From the NCBI GenBank assembly GCA_038154245.1, contig JAYOZP010000008.1, forward strand, positions 1,831 to 65,830: a stretch of 64,000 bases of DNA. Direction: 5' to 3'. Positions 17,344 to 26,024 of the stretch are shown one piece after another. Numbering within the stretch: the stretch's first letter is position 1; each line of letters opens with the position of its first letter. Below the pieces are notes generated by a model. It ran no database searches, was not told where the DNA came from, and saw only the letters and a list, made by a program, of their open reading frames with translations. Position numbers and translations under genes: made by a program. The DNA is from Nitrospinales bacterium. GTDB taxonomy: Bacteria > Nitrospinota > Nitrospinia > Nitrospinales > JAJDAT01.

Positions 17344-18054
17344 ATGACGCCGTTTAAAATAAACAGCAGGGAAGGCGGAACTGTGGGAATGCTATCAATT
17401 GTTGGCACTCCCATTGGCAACCTAGGAGATTTCACATTTCGAGCCGCGGAAACCCTGGGAAGAGCCTATCTAATAGCGGCAGAAGACACACGCCGCACAC
17501 GAATTCTGCTTAACCATTACGACATCAAAACACCGCTCACAAGTTACAATAGTTATAACAAGGAGAAAAAAGGCCGAGAATTACTGGAGCTGATGAAAAA
17601 CGGTCATGAAATCGCCCTGGTCTCCGACGCTGGAATGCCGGGAATTTCCGATCCTTTATACCATCTAGTAAGGGGAGCCATTGAAGAAGACCTCTCAATT
17701 CAAACCATTCCCGGTCCCTCGGCTACATTAGCCGCTTTAGTTGTTTCCGGTCTGCCAATGGATCGATTTTCATTTGAGGGCTTTTTACCAAGAAAGAAAA
17801 GAAGAACTCAAACTCTTAAAAACTTAGCCGAAGACCCCAGAACAGTTATTTTATTTGAATCTCCAAAGCGCCTTAATAAAACGCTTAAAGATTTGTTAGA
17901 AGTTTTTGGCGACCGAGATATAGCCGTGGCTAGAGAGTTAACAAAAATGCATGAAGAAACTATCCGTGGAAAGTTATCAGAAATAGCAAGCCAAACCGAA
18001 AACAAAACATGGAAAGGGGAGGTCACTTTGGTTGTGGCCGGCCGACCTAAGTAA
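17344..18054 (+). CDS. rsmI: 16S rRNA (cytidine1402-2'-O)-methyltransferase
   Basis: LSIVGTPIGNLGD, SDAGMPGISDPG-like and ESPKRL motifs. The start may be the internal Met at 17389. Confidence 0.9.
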   Translation: MTPFKINSREGGTVGMLSIVGTPIGNLGDFTFRAAETLGRAYLIAAEDTRRTRILLNHYDIKTPLTSYNSYNKEKKGRELLELMKNGHEIALVSDAGMPGISDPLYHLVRGAIEEDLSIQTIPGPSATLAALVVSGLPMDRFSFEGFLPRKKRRTQTLKNLAEDPRTVILFESPKRLNKTLKDLLEVFGDRDIAVARELTKMHEETIRGKLSEIASQTENKTWKGEVTLVVAGRPK

Positions 18055-18197
18055 TATTAAACGGAAAGATTGAGGACCAACATCTTAACTTGGTCCTAAC
18101 GGAAACGAGTCTAATAGAGGAACACACTTTGCGTTGTTCGTTTTGCTATCCTCGTAAAATTGTAAACTGCGCTATTAAATTTAACTAGGAAAATTTC

Positions 18198-19568
18198 ATG
18201 GCGGTAATATCCGTAATCGGCCCCAAGGGGGGAATTGGAAAAACCACGCTATCAATCAACGCCGCTTCTGCGTTGACTAAAGCCTTAGGCTCTAGCTCGG
18301 AAAACAATCAAGTTTGTTTGGTAGATCTGGATTTACGATTGCCTACCATCTCCAGCCTTTTAGATAGCCACCCTCCAAAAACGTTTTTTGATCTTTTTGA
18401 AACGTTAGAAAATAAAACCTATCAAATCGACACGCTGAGAAATTTTTATCAAATCATCACCTGGTTTCAAGCATATCTGAATAAGGATATTAAAGAATCG
18501 GATAAAAACTTAGCGAAGTCTTTTTCCTTGTTTAAGAATATTAACACCGACTACTTTCGGTTTACGGATTTTGAGTTTGGCGACGTCCTTTACGAATTGA
18601 TATTGAATAGAGGCAAAATCACTTTGCCTAAAGATATCAAATCTCAAAAAAGTTTGATTATGGGATTAGACGCCCGCTCAATACGCAAAGTCTTAAAAGA
18701 ATGCGAAGGGAACTCCAGACCTTTGCCGGAAGATTATATAAATTACATTGAGGAATATGGTCTTTCCATTATTGGAGGAGAAGTTCCAATTTTGGGAAAA
18801 AGGCAACATCGTAAACGAATTAACGAGCCGGAGTTTCTTCTTTTATTTTTAGATTTTCTGCAAGATATTGTCGGACGTTTTGATAACGTCATACTGGATA
18901 CCCCCGCTGGCGGCGTAAACCATTTATCGTCTGTTATGAACTCCATAGACGAAGTGCTGTTCGTTTTTGATTTAAGTAATCAAATTGCCATTAACGGAAG
19001 CATCGATGCGCTACATTCTTTTATCGATTATTATGAAGATTTTCTGGACGATTTTATAAACGGTCGATTGAAAGGGCTGGATAAAGCTTTTGCCGACAAA
19101 TTAGTAGCGGAAAGAGGCGAAAAGGCCGTGATAGACTCGCTTCGCAATAAAAAATTTGGAATTGTTTTTAATCGTTTTCAAGGCGAAGAAGAAATCATAT
19201 CTTGTATAACTCAGATGAGAGAGTATCTCGATATCCTAGATAAGCTGGACGATTATAAAGACCGAATCCATATTATGGGCATGGTTCCTTTTTGCAAAAT
19301 TATTAATATCACAAACAATCGCGGCGTGATATTCTACGAAAAGGATCGAGATCTTTCTGGAAAAATGGATTTAATCTCCCGAAATATTCTTTCAAAAAAT
19401 AAATCTTGTCCTACGTTGTCCTGGAGAAATCAGGAAATTTTACGTTATTTGAACAAAAATGGCCGTTCCGGTATTTCTGGAAAAATTAACTGGCTTTCAA
19501 AAATTGTAGCGAACGATACATCAAATGGTAGAGAAAAAGCTAAAAAACCTCACTTTGAGCGAATATAA
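18198..19568 (+). CDS. ParA/MinD-family P-loop ATPase with a large insertion
   Basis: Deviant Walker A GPKGGIGKTT, then VDLDLRLPT, then Walker B VILDTPAG only about 230 aa in. The insert is about 170 aa relative to canonical ParA/MinD. Confidence 0.75.
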   Translation: MAVISVIGPKGGIGKTTLSINAASALTKALGSSSENNQVCLVDLDLRLPTISSLLDSHPPKTFFDLFETLENKTYQIDTLRNFYQIITWFQAYLNKDIKESDKNLAKSFSLFKNINTDYFRFTDFEFGDVLYELILNRGKITLPKDIKSQKSLIMGLDARSIRKVLKECEGNSRPLPEDYINYIEEYGLSIIGGEVPILGKRQHRKRINEPEFLLLFLDFLQDIVGRFDNVILDTPAGGVNHLSSVMNSIDEVLFVFDLSNQIAINGSIDALHSFIDYYEDFLDDFINGRLKGLDKAFADKLVAERGEKAVIDSLRNKKFGIVFNRFQGEEEIISCITQMREYLDILDKLDDYKDRIHIMGMVPFCKIINITNNRGVIFYEKDRDLSGKMDLISRNILSKNKSCPTLSWRNQEILRYLNKNGRSGISGKINWLSKIVANDTSNGREKAKKPHFERI

Positions 19569-20085
19569 TTTCCTAGAGGATAAAGACCCTCAGGGTATTT
19601 ACGACCGGGAAACGCGCGAAAAACTATACTGGATTATTGCGAAGCTTGAAAAAGATTCGGGCCGTAAGCCAAGTATCGAGAAAAAAATACTAAAAAAATT
19701 CAAAAAAGCCGATTTCGGTTTTTTAATGCCCAAAGATTCAGAATCGAACGGAACTTTGAATTTTGAGTCCGTGCTCCAAATCGAAGGCAAATTTCAAGGT
19801 GAAATTCGAGGACCACGCGTTTTGATTGTTGGAGCCGAAGCAACCATTGAAGCAAAAATTACAGCCGAAAATATTATTTGTCACGGTTCCATAATCGGAG
19901 ACGTTATCGGCCTCGAAAAAGTGGAAATTTTAAAAACTGGCCGTTTGATAGGCGACGTAAAATCGCCTTCTCTCTATATAGAACAAGGAGCGTTATTCAA
20001 AGGAAAGTGCCACATGCCAATTAATATTGAAAAATTGAATAACCCTCCTCAAAAAAGAAAAAGGCTATTCTTTTTAGCGGGTTAA
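19525..20085 (+). CDS. Bactofilin with a roughly 70-aa N-terminal extension domain
   Basis: C-terminal bactofilin core (FESVLQIEGKFQGEIRG...GDVKSPSLYIEQGALFKGKC). The N-terminal module is shared with the next ORF. It overlaps the upstream ORF by 44 nt. Confidence 0.8.
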   Translation: MVEKKLKNLTLSEYNFLEDKDPQGIYDRETREKLYWIIAKLEKDSGRKPSIEKKILKKFKKADFGFLMPKDSESNGTLNFESVLQIEGKFQGEIRGPRVLIVGAEATIEAKITAENIICHGSIIGDVIGLEKVEILKTGRLIGDVKSPSLYIEQGALFKGKCHMPINIEKLNNPPQKRKRLFFLAG

Positions 20086-20097
20086 TTAATATCGCTT

Positions 20098-21240
20098 ATG
20101 GAACGAAGCAAGCTCGAAGTATTAAACGTCACCGAGTACAATTTACTGGCCACAAAAGATCCCAGCGGCAGTTATGATCGCAAAACCCGGGAAAACCTAT
20201 ATTGGGTGATCGAAAAACTCCGGCAAAACGTTTCAAATCTCTCCCCTTTAGAAAATAAAATTTTCTATAAATTCAAGAACGCTCAATTCGAAGCGTTAGG
20301 CGAAAAAGAAAAAAAAGTAAAAATCGAAATCGCCAGATATCGTATTTCCAATAATTTAAAACAAACACTCAAAATAGCCGGCGCCGGATTAGGAGCAATC
20401 ATACTGGCTGCGGGCTTTATCTACCAATTCATTTTAGACGACGCAACTCAACAGAGGGTAGAAGTCGCTTATTATGAGGGACTCAATAGGGTCGGATTGG
20501 TTTCCAAGGAAGATTTTGAGCAAATTCGGGCTGATTTAGATTTAACCTTTTCCGAACTAGAAAAGGCGAAAAAAGAATCGGAAGAATTAAACGAAACCGT
20601 CGAAAGGATGATAGCGAATAATAAAGTTACCGAAAACCTCAAATACATTGTTAAGCAAATCTATAATAATCCAAGAGCAAAGTACATAAAAGACGACACC
20701 AAAGTCGCCTTAAACTTCAATGGAAAACCTATCGCCAAATATAAAAGAGATCCTAGCCTCTGGTACATTCTAGGAATTGTCGAAACAGGAGTTACTCGCT
20801 TGTATTACGACAATGAAGAGATTTTAGAGTTTCGCACAATTTTCGGGCGAAAAGGCGAAGAAACTCCTTTAGGCGAATACAAAATTAAAAATAGGGTGTA
20901 TAAACCAACATGGTACAAAAAAGAGATAAAAGAGGGTAAAACCCAAGTTCGAGCGATTCCATTTGGTCACCCGGAACATGAAATTGGTTTTTGGTGGTTA
21001 GGTTTAAAAAGAATGGGCGATCCTGTTCCAGGGAGTTATGGAATACATGGCGTTAACGTAACCAAAGTTAATGAGTTTTATAAAAAGAACTTCGATTGGC
21101 GAAATGGGAGCGCCGGTTGTCCCAACATCCAAGATTGGAATTTAAATTTTCTAGCGGAAGTTGTGCCCATTGGAACACCCGTGAATATAGTTTTTAAAGA
21201 TAAATGGGCCAACGGAAGCAATCCCGCCTCAGCCGCATAA
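20098..21240 (+). CDS. L,D-transpeptidase (YkuD) domain protein with shared N-terminal module, TM segment and coiled coil
   Basis: TM segment AGAGLGAIILAAGFIY. C-terminal YkuD-like region: PLGEYKIKNRVYKPTWY, YGIHGVN...GSAGCPN (catalytic His/Cys). Confidence 0.8.
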   Translation: MERSKLEVLNVTEYNLLATKDPSGSYDRKTRENLYWVIEKLRQNVSNLSPLENKIFYKFKNAQFEALGEKEKKVKIEIARYRISNNLKQTLKIAGAGLGAIILAAGFIYQFILDDATQQRVEVAYYEGLNRVGLVSKEDFEQIRADLDLTFSELEKAKKESEELNETVERMIANNKVTENLKYIVKQIYNNPRAKYIKDDTKVALNFNGKPIAKYKRDPSLWYILGIVETGVTRLYYDNEEILEFRTIFGRKGEETPLGEYKIKNRVYKPTWYKKEIKEGKTQVRAIPFGHPEHEIGFWWLGLKRMGDPVPGSYGIHGVNVTKVNEFYKKNFDWRNGSAGCPNIQDWNLNFLAEVVPIGTPVNIVFKDKWANGSNPASAA

Positions 21241-21402
21241 TTCCCAACGGCTTTAATATTCACACAACTATCGCTATCCATTTCTTTTCAAATTTTTAGC
21301 TAAAATACTTTCGAAAAATTTTAAAAAACTTCGTTAAAGACTTATAATCCACAATTCTCGCAATTTTTAATTTTTCAAAGTTTCATTAGAAAGGACTATT
21401 AG

Positions 21403-22791
21403 ATGAAAAAGCCTTGGGGCGGAAGATTTAAAGAATCAACCGACCAATTAATGGAACGGTTCAACGCCTCTATCGGCTTTGACAAAAAGCTATACGCCTA
21501 CGATATTGAGGGAAGTATCGCTCATTGCAAAATGCTGGCTAAATGCAAAATAATTTCTCTACCGGAATCCAAAAAAATCATTTCCGGTTTACAACAAATA
21601 CTGGGTGAATTTGAATCTGGAGAATTTCAATGCAGCGAAGCCTTAGAAGATATTCACATGAATGTGGAACGCCGATTATTAGATTTGATCGGCCCGGTAG
21701 GAGGAAAACTTCATACCGCTAGAAGCCGTAACGATCAAGTATGTTTGGACGTTCGCCTTTATTTACGGGCAGAGGCAAAAGAGATATTAAATCGCTTATC
21801 CCTATTAGAACAAACTCTACTATCGGTAGCCAAAGAAACCATAGATTTTATTATGCCTGGTTACACTCATTTGCAGCGAGCGCAACCAATTTCGTTATCC
21901 CATCATTTGTTAGCTTATCTTGAGATGTTTCGTCGAGACAAAGATCGAATTTCGGATAATTTAAAACGAATCGATATTATGCCTTTAGGCTCCGCTGCAT
22001 TAGCCGGAACAAATTTTCCCATAGATAGAAATTTTGTCGCTAAACAGTTAGGTTTCGCCGCAGTTTCCAATAACAGTATGGATTCCGTCGCCGATCGTGA
22101 TTTTATGATCGAGTTTTGCTCCGCCGCGTCGATTTTGATGATGCATCTGAGTCGTTTTTGCGAAGAAATAGTCCTTTGGTCTTCTAGCGAATTTGGTTTT
22201 ATTGAACTCTCGGACGCATTTTCCACAGGTAGCAGTATTATGCCTCAGAAAAAAAACCCAGACGCTGCGGAATTGATTCGAGGTAAATCTGGAAGGATAT
22301 ACGGTAATTTAATCGCGCTTCTGACTTTGATGAAATCCCTACCAATGGCGTACAACAAAGATCTTCAGGAAGATAAAGAGCCGCTTTTCGATACCGTTGA
22401 TACCGTAAAAATTTGTTTAGATGTCTTTTGCGGTATGATCAAAACCGCAAAATTCAAAAAAATTCCCGAAAAAGATATGAAATCTTCAGGATTTCTTACC
22501 GCCACAGATTTAGCCGATTATCTTGTACTGCGCAATATTCCTTTTCGCGACGCCCATGAGATCACAGGAAAAACAGTGGCTTACTGTTTGGAAAAAGGTA
22601 AAAACCTGGAAGAACTTACCCTCAAAGAGCTTTCAAAAATCTCTTCAGAATTTGACTCTAAGGTTTTCGAATATATTTCATTAGAAAATTCAGTGGATAG
22701 GAAAAACGTATACGGCGGGACCGCTAGAAACCAAATTAAAAAGCAAATCAGTCGATGGCAAAAAATTTTAAAGGAAGAAAAAGCAAAATGA
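21403..22791 (+). CDS. argH: Argininosuccinate lyase
   Basis: Fumarate-lyase signature GSSIMPQKKNPD, plus HTARSRNDQV and TGYTHLQRAQP-like motifs. Confidence 0.95.
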   Translation: MKKPWGGRFKESTDQLMERFNASIGFDKKLYAYDIEGSIAHCKMLAKCKIISLPESKKIISGLQQILGEFESGEFQCSEALEDIHMNVERRLLDLIGPVGGKLHTARSRNDQVCLDVRLYLRAEAKEILNRLSLLEQTLLSVAKETIDFIMPGYTHLQRAQPISLSHHLLAYLEMFRRDKDRISDNLKRIDIMPLGSAALAGTNFPIDRNFVAKQLGFAAVSNNSMDSVADRDFMIEFCSAASILMMHLSRFCEEIVLWSSSEFGFIELSDAFSTGSSIMPQKKNPDAAELIRGKSGRIYGNLIALLTLMKSLPMAYNKDLQEDKEPLFDTVDTVKICLDVFCGMIKTAKFKKIPEKDMKSSGFLTATDLADYLVLRNIPFRDAHEITGKTVAYCLEKGKNLEELTLKELSKISSEFDSKVFEYISLENSVDRKNVYGGTARNQIKKQISRWQKILKEEKAK

Positions 22792-22916
22792 AAATTCAAC
22801 AATTCCTAGTTTTGACATTATTGTTCTGCGTTTTAACGATCAGTTTAGGTTGCGGGAAAAAGGCTCCTCCAAAACCGCCGGAAGAAATATTAAATATCAA
22901 TCCTCTTTTCAAATAA
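22788..22916 (+). CDS. Small lipoprotein, LptM/YifL-like (42 aa; below ORF-track cutoff)
   Basis: Its ATG overlaps the argH stop (ATGA). It reads MKIQQFLVLTLLFCVLTISLGCGKKAPPKPPEEILNINPLFK, with lipobox LGC followed by GKK and a Pro-rich stretch, as in the small lipoproteins found next to arg/lys/dap genes. Confidence 0.5.
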   Translation: MKIQQFLVLTLLFCVLTISLGCGKKAPPKPPEEILNINPLFK

Positions 22917-23252
22917 CCTTTCCAAAGATTAGCAAAGCTACTCCACGGAAACATCCAATTAACGTATAAAAAGAACTTTGAGTTCCATTAAATTTACGAT
23001 ATTAGCTCCCCGTCAAACAAATTTATTAAAAGCGACTTTTACAACGAATTTTCTGTTTAAATTATTGATTTTTAATGATATATTTAAATTCGTTGCAGGC
23101 TCTGAGCGCTCTTCACGACCAGAGTTTTTCTACCCAGGTTTAATAAACGTCTCAAAATTTGATGCTTTTTTTAATGCCCCATTAATCCAGCTAGAAACTC
23201 AAGTTTTTGAGATATTCCTTCAATTTCGATCCATCCAAACTATTCCCAGGCT

Positions 23253-24515
23253 ATGGAACCCAAGTATTTTAAAGAAAAAGTCGCTATATTTTTGAACGAT
23301 CATCCAGAATTTTTTAATTTTTATCCCGATCTTTTGAAAAAAATCAAAACCATTGAAATGGAAGATCTTCCCTTGGCTCCGGCGCATTCGATGAGCATTG
23401 CCAATAAAATAATTCAAACTGTTCGCGACGACCGTGAGCACTACAAAGGCAAGCTTGAATGGTTCCTTGAAATTGCGAATAAAAACGAAATTATTCACAA
23501 CCACCTATACGAAATTGAAAAACTGGCTTTATCCAATTCCGATCTTCCCACGATGCTAACCCAGCTTAAAAAAGAGATCACTCAACGGTTTGATATCCAA
23601 TTTGTTGCGGTTTGGCTAGCGGACGATTTAAGAAATTCTTCAAATTTAGGCGTTGAAGATAGGTATCCCGAACCTATTGACGGTAGTTTCCGGTTTGTTG
23701 ATAGAGATATCCTCGAAGCATGGCTTGGCGACGATTTTGAACCTCAATTGCGAAGTGAAATTGATGGAGATTCTAGAGGATTTTATTCATCTCGAGATCG
23801 CGATAAAATTCAGTCTGAAGCATTAATCCCAATTATAATGCGCGACGAATTATCTGGTTTTTTGGCGCTGGGTAGTGAAAACCCATTCCATTTTTATGAA
23901 GAACTGGATTCCGGATTTTTAACAAAAATGGCCGGTAAACTTGCTGTAGCTCTCGAAAACATTTTTTTATGGGATCGGTTAAAAGAATTGTCCTATAAAA
24001 ACCCTATAACTGGCTTTTACGATAGAACCTATTTAGAAATAGCTCTTTCTAGAGAATTTGAACGCAGCAAACGTTATAGAAACTTTTTAACATGCGCCAT
24101 TATGTGCATTGACTATTTCGACAATCTCGATAATACTGGGGAAATCTCCAGGCAGGTTTTCGAGGAACTAACGCCGATTTTAGGCGAAGCATGCAGGTCC
24201 ATGGATATAGTTTTGCACTACGACGAACGGAAATTCTTTTTTATTTTCCCAGAAGCGTCGTTAGAAAGCGGAAATCAAATTGCCGAGCGAATTAGAAATC
24301 GTATTGAAAATGCGAAACTGGAGATACCTGGATTAGAGTCGGTAACTGCAAGTTTAGGAGTTTCCTCCTTTCCAAATGCAGCAGTTAAAAGCTGGAAAGA
24401 TCTAATTCAAAACGCCCTTAAAGGGTTAACCAAAGCTAATGAAAATGGCGGAAATCAAGCGGTTGCCTACTCTAGATTTTTTAAAGGCAAAATTGCTTCT
24501 GAAACTCACATTTAG
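23253..24515 (+). CDS. DUF484/GAF-like N-terminal domain fused to a degenerate GGDEF domain
   Basis: The N-terminus VAIFLNDHPEFFNFYPDLL is DUF484(YigA)-like. The C-terminus is GGDEF-like (NPITGFYDRTYLE) but has HYDERKF in place of GGDEF. RSMD lies five residues upstream at the I-site position. Confidence 0.75.
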   Translation: MEPKYFKEKVAIFLNDHPEFFNFYPDLLKKIKTIEMEDLPLAPAHSMSIANKIIQTVRDDREHYKGKLEWFLEIANKNEIIHNHLYEIEKLALSNSDLPTMLTQLKKEITQRFDIQFVAVWLADDLRNSSNLGVEDRYPEPIDGSFRFVDRDILEAWLGDDFEPQLRSEIDGDSRGFYSSRDRDKIQSEALIPIIMRDELSGFLALGSENPFHFYEELDSGFLTKMAGKLAVALENIFLWDRLKELSYKNPITGFYDRTYLEIALSREFERSKRYRNFLTCAIMCIDYFDNLDNTGEISRQVFEELTPILGEACRSMDIVLHYDERKFFFIFPEASLESGNQIAERIRNRIENAKLEIPGLESVTASLGVSSFPNAAVKSWKDLIQNALKGLTKANENGGNQAVAYSRFFKGKIASETHI

Positions 24516-24526
24516 ATCAAATTAAG

Positions 24527-25045
24527 ATGTTTCGCAAAGCGAATGAAAAAGATATCGAAGCTGTTTTTAGCTTAATCGACCAGTACGCTCAGCAAACGTT
24601 AATGTTGCCGAGATCTAGGTTAGATATCCGAGAAAATATTAACGAATTTTTTGTCTTTGAAGATGCGGGCGAAGTCGTTGGAACGGCAGCTTTAAAACTT
24701 GGCTGGGATCTTTTGGCTGAAATACGATCTCTGGCAGTCCGATCAGACAAATACAAGAAACAAATTGGAATGCAATTGGTAACAGGTTGTATTGAAGAAG
24801 CAAAGACCGCTAAAATGGAGAAAATCTTTGTTCTAACTTATGTAAGCCCTTTTTTCGAAAAGTTAGGGTTCCAAGTCACCAATAAAAGCGCCTTACCCCT
24901 AAAGGTTTGGGAAGATTGCATGGGGTGCTCCAAGAAGTATAACTGCGACGAAATTGCATTGATTAGAGAACTGACTCCAGTAGAAGTTGCCCCTCTGGCA
25001 TCTATTGGAACCCCTGGGCAATCCGAAAAATCCGTCTTATACTAA
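24527..25045 (+). CDS. GNAT-family N-acetyltransferase (ArgA-like short form)
   Basis: GNAT core (VGTAALKL...IRSLAVRSDKYKKQIGMQLV); 172 aa. Confidence 0.75.
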   Translation: MFRKANEKDIEAVFSLIDQYAQQTLMLPRSRLDIRENINEFFVFEDAGEVVGTAALKLGWDLLAEIRSLAVRSDKYKKQIGMQLVTGCIEEAKTAKMEKIFVLTYVSPFFEKLGFQVTNKSALPLKVWEDCMGCSKKYNCDEIALIRELTPVEVAPLASIGTPGQSEKSVLY

Positions 25046-25278
25046 TCCCCTCCTTCCAATTTTGGTTTTATACGAAATTTTTTGACGGAATAAAGTCGCT
25101 AAACTCAACTGTTTCTCACCCCGTATAACCGTTAACCTCAAAAAAATAATACCAATTTTTTGTTAAAGCGTTAAAATATAAGTATTAATAGTTTAAGAAA
25201 GTCTCTAAATATCCCTGTTTTTTTTGTTTGCTTTCACCTAACTCTTGATAACAAGGATTAGGCTCATCGCAAATCTTT

Positions 25279-25300
25279 ATTTTTAGAGGTTCCCTTAAAA
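25279..25300 (+). promoter_or_regulatory. 22-nt near-palindromic motif, copy 1
   Basis: atttttagaggttcccttaaaa is identical to 42208-42229. It ends 10 nt before the ATG of the rod-protein-like gene. Confidence 0.45.
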
Positions 25301-25310
25301 AAGAGTCGAC

Positions 25311-26024
25311 ATGATTAATGGTTTATCCAACGCATTATCGGGACTAAGAACAGCCGCAAAAAAGCTATCTAATAGCGCTAACAATGTGGCTAATGTCCGA
25401 ACCCCTGGATTTAAAGCGTCGAACGCCGATGCTGTTTCCATAGAATCCGGCGGCTCAAAAGTCTCTTCTATTTCGCGTTCAAATACTCAAGGATCGGTGA
25501 TCCCCACCTCAAATCCGTTAGATTTAGCAATTTCGGGAAATGGACTTTTTCAATTTGTTAACTCTGGAGGCGGAACCTCTTTCACTAGAGGTGGAAGCTT
25601 CAAAACAGACGGTAACGGACGATTAACCACAAGTAACGGAGAACCGTTAACTCCAGAAATTCAAATTCCGGGAAATTCGACTAACATTTCAATTTCCCAA
25701 ACTGGAGAAGTTTCAGCCCAAATTGACGGCCAAAACCAAAACCTGGGTCGGATCCAACTCGCTTCTTTTTCCAATCCAGCTGGTTTGACAGCCGAAGGCA
25801 ATAGTTCATTTGGCGAATCTGCCAGCTCCGGAGCTCCAATTACTGGCAATCCAGGAACGGGGGAATTTGGAAACGTGTTATCTGGATTTTTAGAAGAATC
25901 CAATGTCGATATCGCTAGCGAAGTCGTTGGACAAATTGCCGATGTCGCCGCATTCAAGGCTAACGCGGCAGTCATAAAAGCCATCGACGAAACAACAGGC
26001 TCCATCCTGGACATAAAAGCTTAG
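25311..26024 (+). CDS. Flagellar basal-body rod/hook family protein (FlgG/FlgF-like), isolated
   Basis: N-terminus LSGLRTAAKKLSNSANNVANVRTPGFKA; NPLDLAISGNGLFQF; FTRGGSFKTDGNGRL; C-terminus LEESNVDIASEVVGQI..FKANAAVIKA. Confidence 0.8.
   Translation: MINGLSNALSGLRTAAKKLSNSANNVANVRTPGFKASNADAVSIESGGSKVSSISRSNTQGSVIPTSNPLDLAISGNGLFQFVNSGGGTSFTRGGSFKTDGNGRLTTSNGEPLTPEIQIPGNSTNISISQTGEVSAQIDGQNQNLGRIQLASFSNPAGLTAEGNSSFGESASSGAPITGNPGTGEFGNVLSGFLEESNVDIASEVVGQIADVAAFKANAAVIKAIDETTGSILDIKA

Noticed and set aside
22978-23504. 105-aa (+) and 94-aa (-) ORFs between the small lipoprotein gene and the DUF484 gene
   Set aside because: The DNA is AT-rich and the peptides are Phe/Ile/Asn/Lys-rich and low-complexity. 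They overlap each other and the well-supported DUF484 start. I treat them as intergenic or promoter DNA.
25279-25300. The 22-nt motif as a sigma-54 or sigma-28 (flagellar) promoter
   Set aside because: There is no GG-N10-GC spacing (TGGCAC-N5-TTGC) and no TAAA-N15-GCCGATAA. Distances to the start codons vary from 10 to about 190 nt. The dyad symmetry fits an operator better than a promoter, so its function is left open.
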